32,000 nt of DNA from Longivirga aurantiaca (GCF_042660085.1 NZ_JBHSTI010000003.1:1-32000), one strand, 5' to 3'; positions 1 to 7,236 are shown, counted from the first letter of the stretch. Numbers and translations are program-made. The notes: generated by a model from the sequence alone, not told the origin.

Positions 1-26
1 CCTCGACCCGGACGACGAAACGCTGC

Positions 27-69
27 GCCGCCCGCCCTCCGACGTCCCTCCGACCGGAGGGCGGGCGGC
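27..69 (-). terminator. GC-rich stem-loop directly 3' of the minus-strand small ORF
   Basis: gccgcccgccctccg (27-41) pairs perfectly with cggagggcgggcggc (55-69), giving a 15-bp stem and 13-nt loop. It starts 9 nt after the minus-strand TGA (78-80). The trailing U-tract on the minus strand is weak (gcgTTTCg). Confidence 0.55.
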
Positions 70-77
70 CGACGCCT

Positions 78-240
78 CAGGTCCGCGCGGGGATGAGCCC
101 CGAGCGGCCCGAGCCGTTCGTGAGGTCGACCGCATCGATGGTGAACGAGTGCTTGCCCTTGCCGAGGCCGGTCCGGCGGCGACGAGCCCCACCAGCGGGA
201 CGGCGACGGCGGCGGCGCCACTGACGGTGGATCGCTGCAC
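78..240 (-). pseudogene. Small signal-peptide-like ORF with an apparent frame break (possible frameshifted small secreted protein)
   Basis: AGGAGG sits 4 nt upstream of a GTG at 240. The first ~26 codons (VQRSTVSGAAAVAVPLVGLVAAGPAS) have high GC3. From about 165 downward the high-GC3 frame switches to another frame (..GKGKHSFTIDAVDLTNGSGRSGLIPART*), which ends at TGA 78-80 just before a strong hairpin. No single uninterrupted frame links the start to the stop. Confidence 0.3.
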
Positions 241-430
241 GGTTCCTCCTTCCACGCAGGCTCCGTCGCCCGGCTCGTCGCGCGGTCCCCGAGCCCTGTG
301 GCTCTCCGCTGCGGCAGCCTGCGACGCCGACGGGGCAGCGCGGTACGGGACGAAGGTGCCGGTACCCGGGAACACGACGGCCGAGGATTGAGTTGACGGT
401 TCAACCACCGAGCCGACCGGAAGGCCCCCG

Positions 431-1216
431 ATGACCGAGCCCACGCACGTCGACTGGATCCGCGCCGCCCGCGCCTCGCACGAGCGCCTGTCCGGGATCG
501 CCGCCGGTCTCACCGAGGACCAGCTCGTCGCGCAGTCGTACGACACCGAGTGGACCGTGGCCCAGGTGCTCTCGCACATCGGCAGCGGCGCCGAGATCTT
601 CGGGCTCATGGCCCAGGCCTCGCTGGCGGGTGCCGACTCGCCCGGCAGCGAGCAGTTCCAGGCGGTCTGGGCGGTCTGGAACGCCAAGAGCCCCGTGGCG
701 ATGCGCGACGACGCGCTCGCGTCGAACACCGCGCTCGTCGAGCTGTTCGAGGCGATCACCCCCGAGCAGGCGGCCTCGGTGCAGATCTCGTTCGGCCCCT
801 TCTCCGTCGACATCGCCGGACTCGTCCGCATGCGGCTGAGCGAGCATGCGCTGCACACGTGGGACGTCGCGGTCTTCCTCGACCCCGCGGCCGCCGTCGC
901 CCAGGACGCCGCGGCCCTGCTGCTGCCGGGCCTCGGTCAGATGGCGGAGCGGGCGGGCAAGCCGGCCGACCCTGCGTTCTCGGTGCGGCTCGTGACCACC
1001 GACGGCCTCGGCGCCTGGGCGGTGCGGGCCGGCGCGACGGCGGAGTTCGGCGCGGCCGACGAGACGGCGTCGTACGACGGAGAGGTGTCCCTGCCCGGCG
1101 AGGCCCTGCTGCGCCTCATCGCGGGTCGGCTCGACGTCGACCACACACCTGCCGGCATCACCGAGTCCGGCGTGCGCGGGCTGGCCGACCTCCGCCGGGT
1201 CTTCCAGGGGCTCTAG
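431..1216 (+). CDS. DinB/MDMPI-family protein (mycothiol-dependent maleylpyruvate-isomerase-like N-terminal domain type)
   Basis: 261-aa ORF with GGAAGG 8 nt upstream of the ATG and strong GC3. The N-terminal segment 'EWTVAQVLSHIGSGAE' is a DinB-type helix with the conserved His, and the overall architecture is typical of the TIGR03083-like family. Confidence 0.8.
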   Translation: MTEPTHVDWIRAARASHERLSGIAAGLTEDQLVAQSYDTEWTVAQVLSHIGSGAEIFGLMAQASLAGADSPGSEQFQAVWAVWNAKSPVAMRDDALASNTALVELFEAITPEQAASVQISFGPFSVDIAGLVRMRLSEHALHTWDVAVFLDPAAAVAQDAAALLLPGLGQMAERAGKPADPAFSVRLVTTDGLGAWAVRAGATAEFGAADETASYDGEVSLPGEALLRLIAGRLDVDHTPAGITESGVRGLADLRRVFQGL

Positions 1217-1296
1217 CGCTCGAGCTGGATGCCTGTGCGTCACCTCTGGGGGCCTCCCAGGCATCCAGATCAGGAAGCCCCGGCTAGGTTCGCGGC

Positions 1297-2517
1297 GTGG
1301 GCGAGCAACGGGTTGTCGTGGTCGGGGCAGGTCTCGGCGGGCTGCGCGCGGCCGAGGCCCTGCGGGCGCAGGGGTACGCCGACGAGCTCGTGGTGGTCGG
1401 CGACGAGCCCTACGCGCCGTACAACCGGCCGCCCCTGTCGAAGGAGGCGCTGGCCGACGAGATCGCGCACGACCGGCTGGAGTTCCGCCGCCGGGCCAGC
1501 GTGGACGACGTGGTCTGGCGGCTCGGGGAGACCGTGACCTCGCTCGACCTCGACGGGCGGACGGTCGCGCTCGGCTCCGACACCCTCGCCTGGGACGCGC
1601 TCGTGCTCGCCACCGGCGTGAGCGCACGTCGTCTGCCCGTGCCGGGGCCGCCGGCGACCGCGGCCGCGGGCCGGCACGTGGTGCGCACCCTGGACGACGC
1701 CGTGGCGCTGCGCGAGGCGCTGCGCCCGGGCGCCCGCGTGGTGGTGCTCGGAGCGGGGTTCATCGGGTGCGAGGTGGCGGCGACAGCGATCGGCCTCGGC
1801 TGCCACGTCCGCGCGGTGGCGCTCGACCCCCTGCCGATGGTCCGCCCGCTCGGCCCGATGCTCGCCGCCGAGCTGCAGCGCCGGCACGAGGCGCACGGAG
1901 TGGTGTTCCACCTGGGCGTGGGGGTGGCGGAGATCGTCGGCGGCGACCGCGTGACCGGCGTCGTGCTGTCGGACGGCACCGCGCTCGAGGCGGACGTGCT
2001 GGTCGAGGCGCTCGGATCCCTCTGCAACGTCGGGCTGCTCGAGGGGAAGGGCTTCGACCTCTCCGACGGCGTGCTCGCCGACACCGCGCTGCGCCCGCTG
2101 CAGGACGGGGTGCCGCTCGACGGCGTGGCCGTCGTGGGCGACATCGCGCGGTTCCCGCACCACCGGTTCGCGGACGGCGCGCAGCGTGTGGAGCACTGGA
2201 GCGTGCCGACCGACACGGGCAAGCGGGCCGGTGCCGTGCTGTCGGCGTACCTCGCCGGGGAGGGCTACGACGCGGTCGTCGCGGCACCGTTCGACCTGCT
2301 GCCGTCGTTCTGGTCGGACCAGTACGACATCCGGATGCAGTCCTTCGGGATGCCCGGCCTCGCCGACCCGGACGGCATCCGCCTGCTCGAGGGCGACCTT
2401 GCCGCCGACTGCATCGTGGGCTACCACCGCGGCCACGACCTCGTGGGCGTCGTCGGCCTCGGGATGCTCCGCGAGCTCACGGCCTACCGCCCCCGGCTCG
2501 GCCGCACCCGCCCCTGA
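1297..2517 (+). CDS. FAD/NAD(P)H-dependent ferredoxin-reductase-type oxidoreductase
   Basis: VVVVGAGLGGLRAAEALRAQG is the FAD GxGxxG motif and VVVLGAGFIGCEVAA is the NAD GxGxxG motif. 'PYNRPPLSK' and the C-terminal reductase domain are typical of putidaredoxin/ferredoxin reductases that partner P450s. GTG start. Confidence 0.9.
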   Translation: MGEQRVVVVGAGLGGLRAAEALRAQGYADELVVVGDEPYAPYNRPPLSKEALADEIAHDRLEFRRRASVDDVVWRLGETVTSLDLDGRTVALGSDTLAWDALVLATGVSARRLPVPGPPATAAAGRHVVRTLDDAVALREALRPGARVVVLGAGFIGCEVAATAIGLGCHVRAVALDPLPMVRPLGPMLAAELQRRHEAHGVVFHLGVGVAEIVGGDRVTGVVLSDGTALEADVLVEALGSLCNVGLLEGKGFDLSDGVLADTALRPLQDGVPLDGVAVVGDIARFPHHRFADGAQRVEHWSVPTDTGKRAGAVLSAYLAGEGYDAVVAAPFDLLPSFWSDQYDIRMQSFGMPGLADPDGIRLLEGDLAADCIVGYHRGHDLVGVVGLGMLRELTAYRPRLGRTRP

Positions 2518-2541
2518 CGCTGCCGGATCCTGCGGGGACCC

Positions 2542-2570
2542 TTGACGGCTCGGCGACACCCCCCTAGTGT
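2542..2570 (+). promoter_or_regulatory. Housekeeping-sigma-type promoter candidate for the P450 operon
   Basis: TTGACG (2542-2547), a 17-nt spacer, then TAGTGT (2565-2570, fits TANNNT). It lies ~60 nt upstream of the P450 ATG. GGATCC sites flank it at 2524-2529 and 2576-2581. Confidence 0.45.
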
Positions 2571-2629
2571 CCCGTTCGGATCCAAACGATCTCCCAGCAC
2601 CGTCGCCGGACCCGACCCGAGGAGCCCTC

Positions 2630-3892
2630 ATGCAGCCGACCCCCGTGCCCCTGGACCAGGTCGACCTCGCCGATCTCGACGCGTTCGAGAGCAACCAGGC
2701 GTGGGGGATGTTCGACACGCTGCGGCGCGAGGCCCCCGTGCACTGGAACCCCGAGCACGACGGCGGCTCCGGCTTCTGGTCGGTCACGCGGTACGACGAC
2801 ATCGAGATGATCGACAAGGACCCCGAGACCTTCACCTCGATGAAGTTCACCAACCTCGAGGAGCCGCCGGAGGAGTTCCAGGAGCTCCGTCGCTCGATCC
2901 TCGAGACCGACGGCCCGCGGCACCTGTCGCTGCGCAAGCTCCTCATGCGCGACTTCAACCCCGCGCAGCTCCGCCGCTACGAGGACTTCCTTCGCGGCCT
3001 CGCCGCGCTCACCGTCGAGACGGCGCTGCAGCAGGAGGAGATGGACTTCGTCGACGCCATCGCCGCCGACTACCCGATCGCCGTCCTCGCCCGCCTGCTC
3101 GACACCCCCGAGGAGATGACGCCGCAGCTCATCTCGTGGGGCAACGAGATCGTCGGCTTCTCCGACCCCGAGTTCGCGCGCGTGCTGGTCAACAGCGAGG
3201 AGGCGGAGAAGTACCGCCACCTGCCGTTCAGCTCGCCGGTCTCGCAGGAGATCTTCGAGTACGGCCGCAAGCTCGCCGCCGAGCGCAAGGGCGGCGACGG
3301 CGAGGACCTCGTCAGCAAGCTCGTCAACCGCATCCCCGAGGACGGCATCCCGCTCTCGCCCGAGCACTTCGACAACTACTTCCTGCTGCTCGTGGTCGCC
3401 GGCAACGAGACCACGCGTCAGGCGATCAGCCACTCGATGAAGGCGCTGATCGACAACCCCGACCAGATGCAGTGGCTGCTCGACAACCCGGACAAGTACC
3501 CGCAGGCCATCGAGGAGCTGCTGCGCTGGGCCTCGCCGGTCTACCACTTCCGCCGTACGGCGACCAAGGACGTCGAGCTGCACGGGAAGACCATCAAGGA
3601 GGGCGACAAGGTCGTCATGTGGTTCGCCTCGGGCAACCGGGACGAGACCAAGTTCGACGACCCGTACCGCCTCGACCTCAGCCGATTCCCCAACGACCAC
3701 ATGACGTTCGGCAAGGGCCCGCACACCTGCATGGGCTCGAACCTCGCGCGCTTCGAGATGCGGATCATCTTCGAGACCCTGCTCCCGCGGCTCGTCTCGA
3801 TCACCCAGACCGGCGACATCCGTCGCGTGCGCAGCAACTTCGTGAACGGCATCAAGGGCTTCCCCGTCCGTATCGAGTCGAAGAAGGCCTGA
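2630..3892 (+). CDS. Cytochrome P450 monooxygenase
   Basis: Heme-thiolate loop FGKGPHTCMGSNLA (FxxGxHxCxG), I-helix AGNETT and an ExxR-type region (EELLRW). GAGGAG lies 6 nt upstream of ATG 2630; the ORF-track GTG at 2567 is a less likely start. Confidence 0.95.
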   Translation: MQPTPVPLDQVDLADLDAFESNQAWGMFDTLRREAPVHWNPEHDGGSGFWSVTRYDDIEMIDKDPETFTSMKFTNLEEPPEEFQELRRSILETDGPRHLSLRKLLMRDFNPAQLRRYEDFLRGLAALTVETALQQEEMDFVDAIAADYPIAVLARLLDTPEEMTPQLISWGNEIVGFSDPEFARVLVNSEEAEKYRHLPFSSPVSQEIFEYGRKLAAERKGGDGEDLVSKLVNRIPEDGIPLSPEHFDNYFLLLVVAGNETTRQAISHSMKALIDNPDQMQWLLDNPDKYPQAIEELLRWASPVYHFRRTATKDVELHGKTIKEGDKVVMWFASGNRDETKFDDPYRLDLSRFPNDHMTFGKGPHTCMGSNLARFEMRIIFETLLPRLVSITQTGDIRRVRSNFVNGIKGFPVRIESKKA

Positions 3893-3894
3893 GC

Positions 3895-4869
3895 ATGACG
3901 GGCACGAAGACGACCGTCCGCGAGTACGAGGGCGACATGCTCGTCGAGGCGGCCGACGTGGTCGCCGAGGACGTCGTGGCCCTCACGCTGGTCGACCCCG
4001 ACGGCGACCCCCTGCCGGCCTGGACGCCGGGCGCCCACGTCGACCTGATCATGGAGGGCGGCCTGGTCCGCCAGTACTCCCTCTGCAGCAGCCCTGGCGA
4101 CAGCCGCACGATCCGGCTGGGCATCCTGCGGGCGCCCGAGAGCCGGGGCGGTTCCGCCTACGTGCACGAGAAGCTCTCCGTCGGCTCGGTGGTGCGCGTC
4201 CGAGGGCCGCGCAACCACTTCCCGCTCGTGGCCTCGCCGCGCTACATCTTCATCGGCGGCGGCATCGGCATCACCCCGATTCTGCCGATGGTGGCCGAGG
4301 CGGAGGCTTCCGGCGCGGACTGGCACCTCTACTACGGCGGTCGCGCCCGGTCGTCGATGGGCTTCGTCGACGAGCTCGCGCAGTACGGCGGCAAGGTCAC
4401 GCTGGTGCCGCAGGACGAGGTCGGCATGCTCGACCTCGCCACCGTGCTCGGCGACCCGCGCGACGACACGCTCGTGTACGTCTGCGGCCCCGAGGGCCTG
4501 CTCTCCGCCGTCGAGGCGAAGTGCGGGGCCGACTGGCCGGCGGGGGCGCTGCACCTCGAGCGCTTCGCCGCCAAGGAGATCGAGGCCCCGGCCGAGGGTG
4601 AGCGCTCGTTCGAGCTCGAGCTCGCGGCCTCCGGGGTCACCCTCACGGTGCCGCCGGACAAGTCGATCTTCGACGTGATCCTCGACGCCGGCATCAGCGT
4701 GCTCGGCTCCTGCCACGAGGGCATCTGCGGCACCTGCGAGCAGATCGTGCTCGAGGGCGAGGTCGATCACCGCGACTCGGTGCTCAGCGCGTCCGAGCGC
4801 GCCGCGAACGACGCGATGATGGTCTGCGTCTCGCGCTGCACGTCCGACCGACTCGTGCTGGACCTGTAG
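3895..4869 (+). CDS. PDR/VanB-type oxidoreductase (flavin-binding, NAD-binding and C-terminal plant-type [2Fe-2S] ferredoxin domains)
   Basis: RQYSL flavin motif, GGGIGITPILPM NAD(P)H motif, and C-terminal CHEGICGTCE...C cluster ligands. The ATG is 2 nt after the P450 stop. The upstream part of track ORF 2542-4869 is an out-of-frame read through the P450 gene. Confidence 0.9.
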   Translation: MTGTKTTVREYEGDMLVEAADVVAEDVVALTLVDPDGDPLPAWTPGAHVDLIMEGGLVRQYSLCSSPGDSRTIRLGILRAPESRGGSAYVHEKLSVGSVVRVRGPRNHFPLVASPRYIFIGGGIGITPILPMVAEAEASGADWHLYYGGRARSSMGFVDELAQYGGKVTLVPQDEVGMLDLATVLGDPRDDTLVYVCGPEGLLSAVEAKCGADWPAGALHLERFAAKEIEAPAEGERSFELELAASGVTLTVPPDKSIFDVILDAGISVLGSCHEGICGTCEQIVLEGEVDHRDSVLSASERAANDAMMVCVSRCTSDRLVLDL

Positions 4870-4880
4870 AGGAGATGACC

Positions 4881-5936
4881 ATGAGCTCTCCGCGTCGCGC
4901 CTTCTCCGCCGCCTTCCCGTCCGACTGCTGGTACGCGCTCGCGCGCTCCGGCGACGTCGACCAGGAGCCGCTCGGCCTTCGGGCCCTGGGCCTTCCCGTC
5001 GTGCTCTTCCGCGCGGCCGACGGCAGCGCCGTCGCGCTCGAGGACCGCTGCGCCCACCGCGCCTACCCGCTGTCCGCCGGCGTCGTGGTGGACGGCGGCC
5101 TGCGCTGCGGGCTCTGCGGCTTCGTCTACGACGCCGACGGCCAGTGCGTCTCCGTGCCCACGCAGCCGCGCGTGCCGTTCGGCGCGAAGGTGGCGTCGTA
5201 CCCCGTCCAGGAGCGCGACGGCCTCGTGTGGGTCTGGCTCGGCGAGCCCGGCCGGGCGCGCCTGGCCCGCGTGCCGGAGCTGCCGTGGCTCGACGACGAG
5301 GCGTGGGCCGGCGTCGGCGGCTCGTCCGTCGTCGCGGCCGGCTACCTCCTGCTCCACGAGAACTTCGCGGACGTGACCCAGGTGCCGTTCGTCGCGCCGG
5401 AGATCGCGCCCAGCGTGATCGCCGTCGCGCCGCCGCTCGACGTCGTCGTCACCGAGACCACGGTGACCCTGCGCCGCGAGTTCGCGCCCGCGCCGCTGCC
5501 GGCCTGGCAGGCCGATCTGCTCGGTGCGGGCGACGCCGCCTTCGAGACGCTGCAGGAGGGCTACTTCCTCTCGCCGGCGGCGTGGGTCGACCGCTGGGAC
5601 GTGACGGGCGCCGATGGCACCACGGCACGCCTCCGCTTCACGCACCTGGTGACCCCGCTCGACGAGGGGCTGTCGCAGCTGCACTGGCAGGTGGACCGCG
5701 ACTTCGCCGTGGGCGACGACGGCGCGGACGACCTCATGCTCGAGATGTTCGGCGACTACTACGACCGCGTCCTGGTCGCGATGGAGACCGCCCAGGAGGT
5801 GCTCGACGTCGACGGCCCCGGCCCCGAGGTCAACGTGGCGGCCGACGTCGCCGCGCTCAAGGTCCGCGAGATCGTCCTCGCCATGCTCGCCACCGAGTCC
5901 CCCGCCGTCATCACCACCCGCCGAGCCCGCCTCTGA
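4881..5936 (+). CDS. VanA-like Rieske-domain protein with degenerate metal-ligand motifs (probable pseudo-oxygenase)
   Basis: N-terminal WYALARSGDV...ALEDRCAHRAYPLSAG...LRCGLCGFVYDADGQC aligns with the Rieske CxH...CxxH box, but the second His is Cys. The catalytic-domain motif reads ENFADVTQVPFVAPE where relatives have EN..D..H....H. GAGGAG precedes the starts; ATG 4881 has better spacing than ATG 4875. Confidence 0.85.
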   Translation: MSSPRRAFSAAFPSDCWYALARSGDVDQEPLGLRALGLPVVLFRAADGSAVALEDRCAHRAYPLSAGVVVDGGLRCGLCGFVYDADGQCVSVPTQPRVPFGAKVASYPVQERDGLVWVWLGEPGRARLARVPELPWLDDEAWAGVGGSSVVAAGYLLLHENFADVTQVPFVAPEIAPSVIAVAPPLDVVVTETTVTLRREFAPAPLPAWQADLLGAGDAAFETLQEGYFLSPAAWVDRWDVTGADGTTARLRFTHLVTPLDEGLSQLHWQVDRDFAVGDDGADDLMLEMFGDYYDRVLVAMETAQEVLDVDGPGPEVNVAADVAALKVREIVLAMLATESPAVITTRRARL

Positions 5937-6054
5937 CGTTCGCGATGAAGGCGACCGTCATCCAATAGAACCGAACAATCCCGGCCATCATCCAGCGTTC
6001 TGGATGAAGGCGACCTTCATCCAATAGAGCCGAACAATCCCGGCCATCATCAAA
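5937..6054 (+). repeat. Two tandem 59-bp copies (A1 5937-5995, A2 5996-6054) of repeat family A
   Basis: Unit: CGTTC-NN-GATGAAGG-CGA-CC(G/T)TCATCC-AATAGA(A/G)CCGAACAATCCCGGCCATCATC. A2 has a perfect 9-bp stem and 3-nt loop (6002-6022); A1 has one stem mismatch. The element is AT-richer than its surroundings and lies between the Rieske-like stop and the ADC start. Confidence 0.85.
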
Positions 6055-6065
6055 CGATCCGTGCT

Positions 6066-6120
6066 CCGCCGTACGGCGGCCACCGCAGCACCAGCCGCAG
6101 CACCGACCGACCGCAGCACC
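6066..6120 (+). promoter_or_regulatory. 14-bp perfect palindrome followed by three direct CCGCAGCACC repeats in the ADC 5' region
   Basis: CCGCCGTACGGCGG at 6066-6079. CCGCAGCACC at 6083-6092, 6095-6104 and 6111-6120, immediately before the AAGGAG RBS of the ADC gene. Confidence 0.3.
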
Positions 6121-6134
6121 GACAAGGAGATCCC

Positions 6135-6935
6135 GTGTCCGAGCTCCAGGGGTTCGCCCCGCCGTACACCGTGAGCGGCCGCAGCGCGCTGATCCCGAAC
6201 CCGCCGTGGTTCTACAGCGGCGACCTGCTGACCGTGGAGTACCGCACCGACGTCGAGAAGGTCCGCGCGCTGCTGCCCGCGGACGTCGAGCTCGCGCCCG
6301 AGGACCCGGGCGCGGTCGCGTTCATCTGGGCCGACTGGCAGTCGTGCTCGACCGGCGGCGAGGAGCTGCTGGACCCGGCCCGGTCGCAGTACAAGGAGGC
6401 CTTCGCGGTCGTCCGCTGCCAGTTCGAGGGCGTCACCTACTCGCGCTGCGCGCTCATCTGGGTCACCACCGACTTCGCGATGGCCCGCGGCATCCACCAG
6501 GGCTACCCCAAGAAGCTCGGCTCGATCCACCAGACCCGGCCCATGCCGTACGGCGCCGGCGCCCCGAGGATCGAGGCGGGCGGCCGGTTCGGCGCCTCCG
6601 TCGCGGCGTACGACCACCGCCTGGCCCAGGCCGTGATCACCCTGACCGAGCCCAGCGACACCAACGGCTTCGTCAACGCCCTCCCGATGCTGCACCACCG
6701 CCAGGTGCGCCCGATCGAGCGCGGCGCCACCGGCTGGGCGCTCGACGAGGTGCTCACGATGAGCGGCGCGTCGTTCGAGCGCGGCCAGGCCTGGAAGGCC
6801 GACGCGACCCTCGAGCTCTTCGACTCCCCGTGGGACGACGTCGCCTCCACGCTGCCGGTGCGCGAGATCATCGGCGGCTACTACTGCCAGGTCGGCACGA
6901 GCTGGGACGGCGGCAGCACCCTCGCCCACCGCTGA
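6135..6935 (+). CDS. Acetoacetate decarboxylase (ADC) family protein
   Basis: AAGGAG lies 5 nt upstream of the GTG. N-terminal 'PPWFYSGDLLTVEYRTD' and 'GYPKKLG' (Lys pair) are typical of the ADC-like beta-cone family. Strong GC3. Confidence 0.85.
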   Translation: MSELQGFAPPYTVSGRSALIPNPPWFYSGDLLTVEYRTDVEKVRALLPADVELAPEDPGAVAFIWADWQSCSTGGEELLDPARSQYKEAFAVVRCQFEGVTYSRCALIWVTTDFAMARGIHQGYPKKLGSIHQTRPMPYGAGAPRIEAGGRFGASVAAYDHRLAQAVITLTEPSDTNGFVNALPMLHHRQVRPIERGATGWALDEVLTMSGASFERGQAWKADATLELFDSPWDDVASTLPVREIIGGYYCQVGTSWDGGSTLAHR

Positions 6936-6961
6936 CCCCCTGCACGACGAGGTGCGCGAGG

Positions 6962-6990
6962 CCCACCGGACAGCGGACCTGTCCGGTGGG
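6962..6990. terminator. Bidirectional stem-loop between convergent genes
   Basis: cccaccggacag (6962-6973) pairs perfectly with ctgtccggtggg (6979-6990), giving a 12-bp stem and 5-nt loop. It lies between the ADC stop (6935) and the stop of the minus-strand small gene (7036). Confidence 0.6.
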
Positions 6991-7035
6991 TGCCGAGCAC
7001 CTCGCGCGGCGCTGGCGCGGACGGCGTCCGGCGGG

Positions 7036-7200
7036 CTACTCCCACGCGCGGGTGAGCGTCTGCGCGCTGCAGCGCTGGGCGATCGTGCCCACGGCGGCCC
7101 GGCGACGGCGCTCGCGCAGGGCGCGGAGCACGCGCTGACGGCGCTCGACGTCGTCCTGGGTGGCCTGGTCGGCGATCGGCGGGATCGTGTGGCTGCTCAT
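7036..7200 (-). CDS. Small basic hypothetical protein (54 aa)
   Basis: AGGAGG lies 5 nt upstream of the ATG at 7200 (MSSHTIPPIADQATQDDVERRQRVLRALRERRRR...). GC3 is high, it is divergent from the LAL regulator, and a terminator hairpin lies downstream. Confidence 0.55.
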   Translation of the reverse strand: MSSHTIPPIADQATQDDVERRQRVLRALRERRRRAAVGTIAQRCSAQTLTRAWE

Positions 7201-7211
7201 GGGGTCCTCCT

Positions 7212-7236
7212 GGGGCACGTCCGTTCTTCGTGCCCC
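7212..7236 (-). promoter_or_regulatory. 5'-UTR hairpin abutting the RBS of the 54-aa ORF
   Basis: ggggcacg (7212-7219) pairs with cgtgcccc (7229-7236). On the minus strand the hairpin ends directly at the AGGAGG Shine-Dalgarno. Confidence 0.35.

Noticed and set aside
149-391. 80-aa plus-strand ORF at the window start
   Set aside because: It is antisense to the SD-preceded minus-strand small ORF. It has an Ala/Pro/Ser/Thr-rich low-complexity translation and no RBS.
2555-2571. C-rich-loop hairpin gacac-ccccccta-gtgtc resembling one half of a 6C RNA
   Set aside because: It is a single short 5-bp stem without the second C-loop hairpin. It overlaps the better-supported -10 element of the P450 promoter.
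401-2958. Minus-strand ORFs 401-1627 (408 aa) and 1270-2958 (562 aa)
   Set aside because: They are antisense to the DinB-like, reductase and P450 genes. The translations are Arg/Pro/Gly-rich, lack domains and have the wrong codon-position GC pattern.
2542-4869. 775-aa ORF suggesting a fused P450-reductase
   Set aside because: Only the last 324 codons (from ATG 3895) encode the PDR-type reductase. The upstream part is an out-of-frame read of the P450 gene and is Arg/Pro-rich nonsense. The P450 ends with its own TGA at 3890-3892 in a different frame, so this is not a natural fusion.
5945-6027. Conserved 7-codon mini-ORFs (MKATVIQ*, MKATFIQ*, also MKESFIQ* at 22927-22950), and the antisense peptide IVR(L/F/V)YWMK.. 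encoded by family A
   Set aside because: There is no SD. Differences between copies are non-synonymous and radical (AT to ES, K to T, L to F) while the stem pairing is preserved. The ATG...CAT simply follows from the palindrome. Selection appears to act on structure, not on a peptide.
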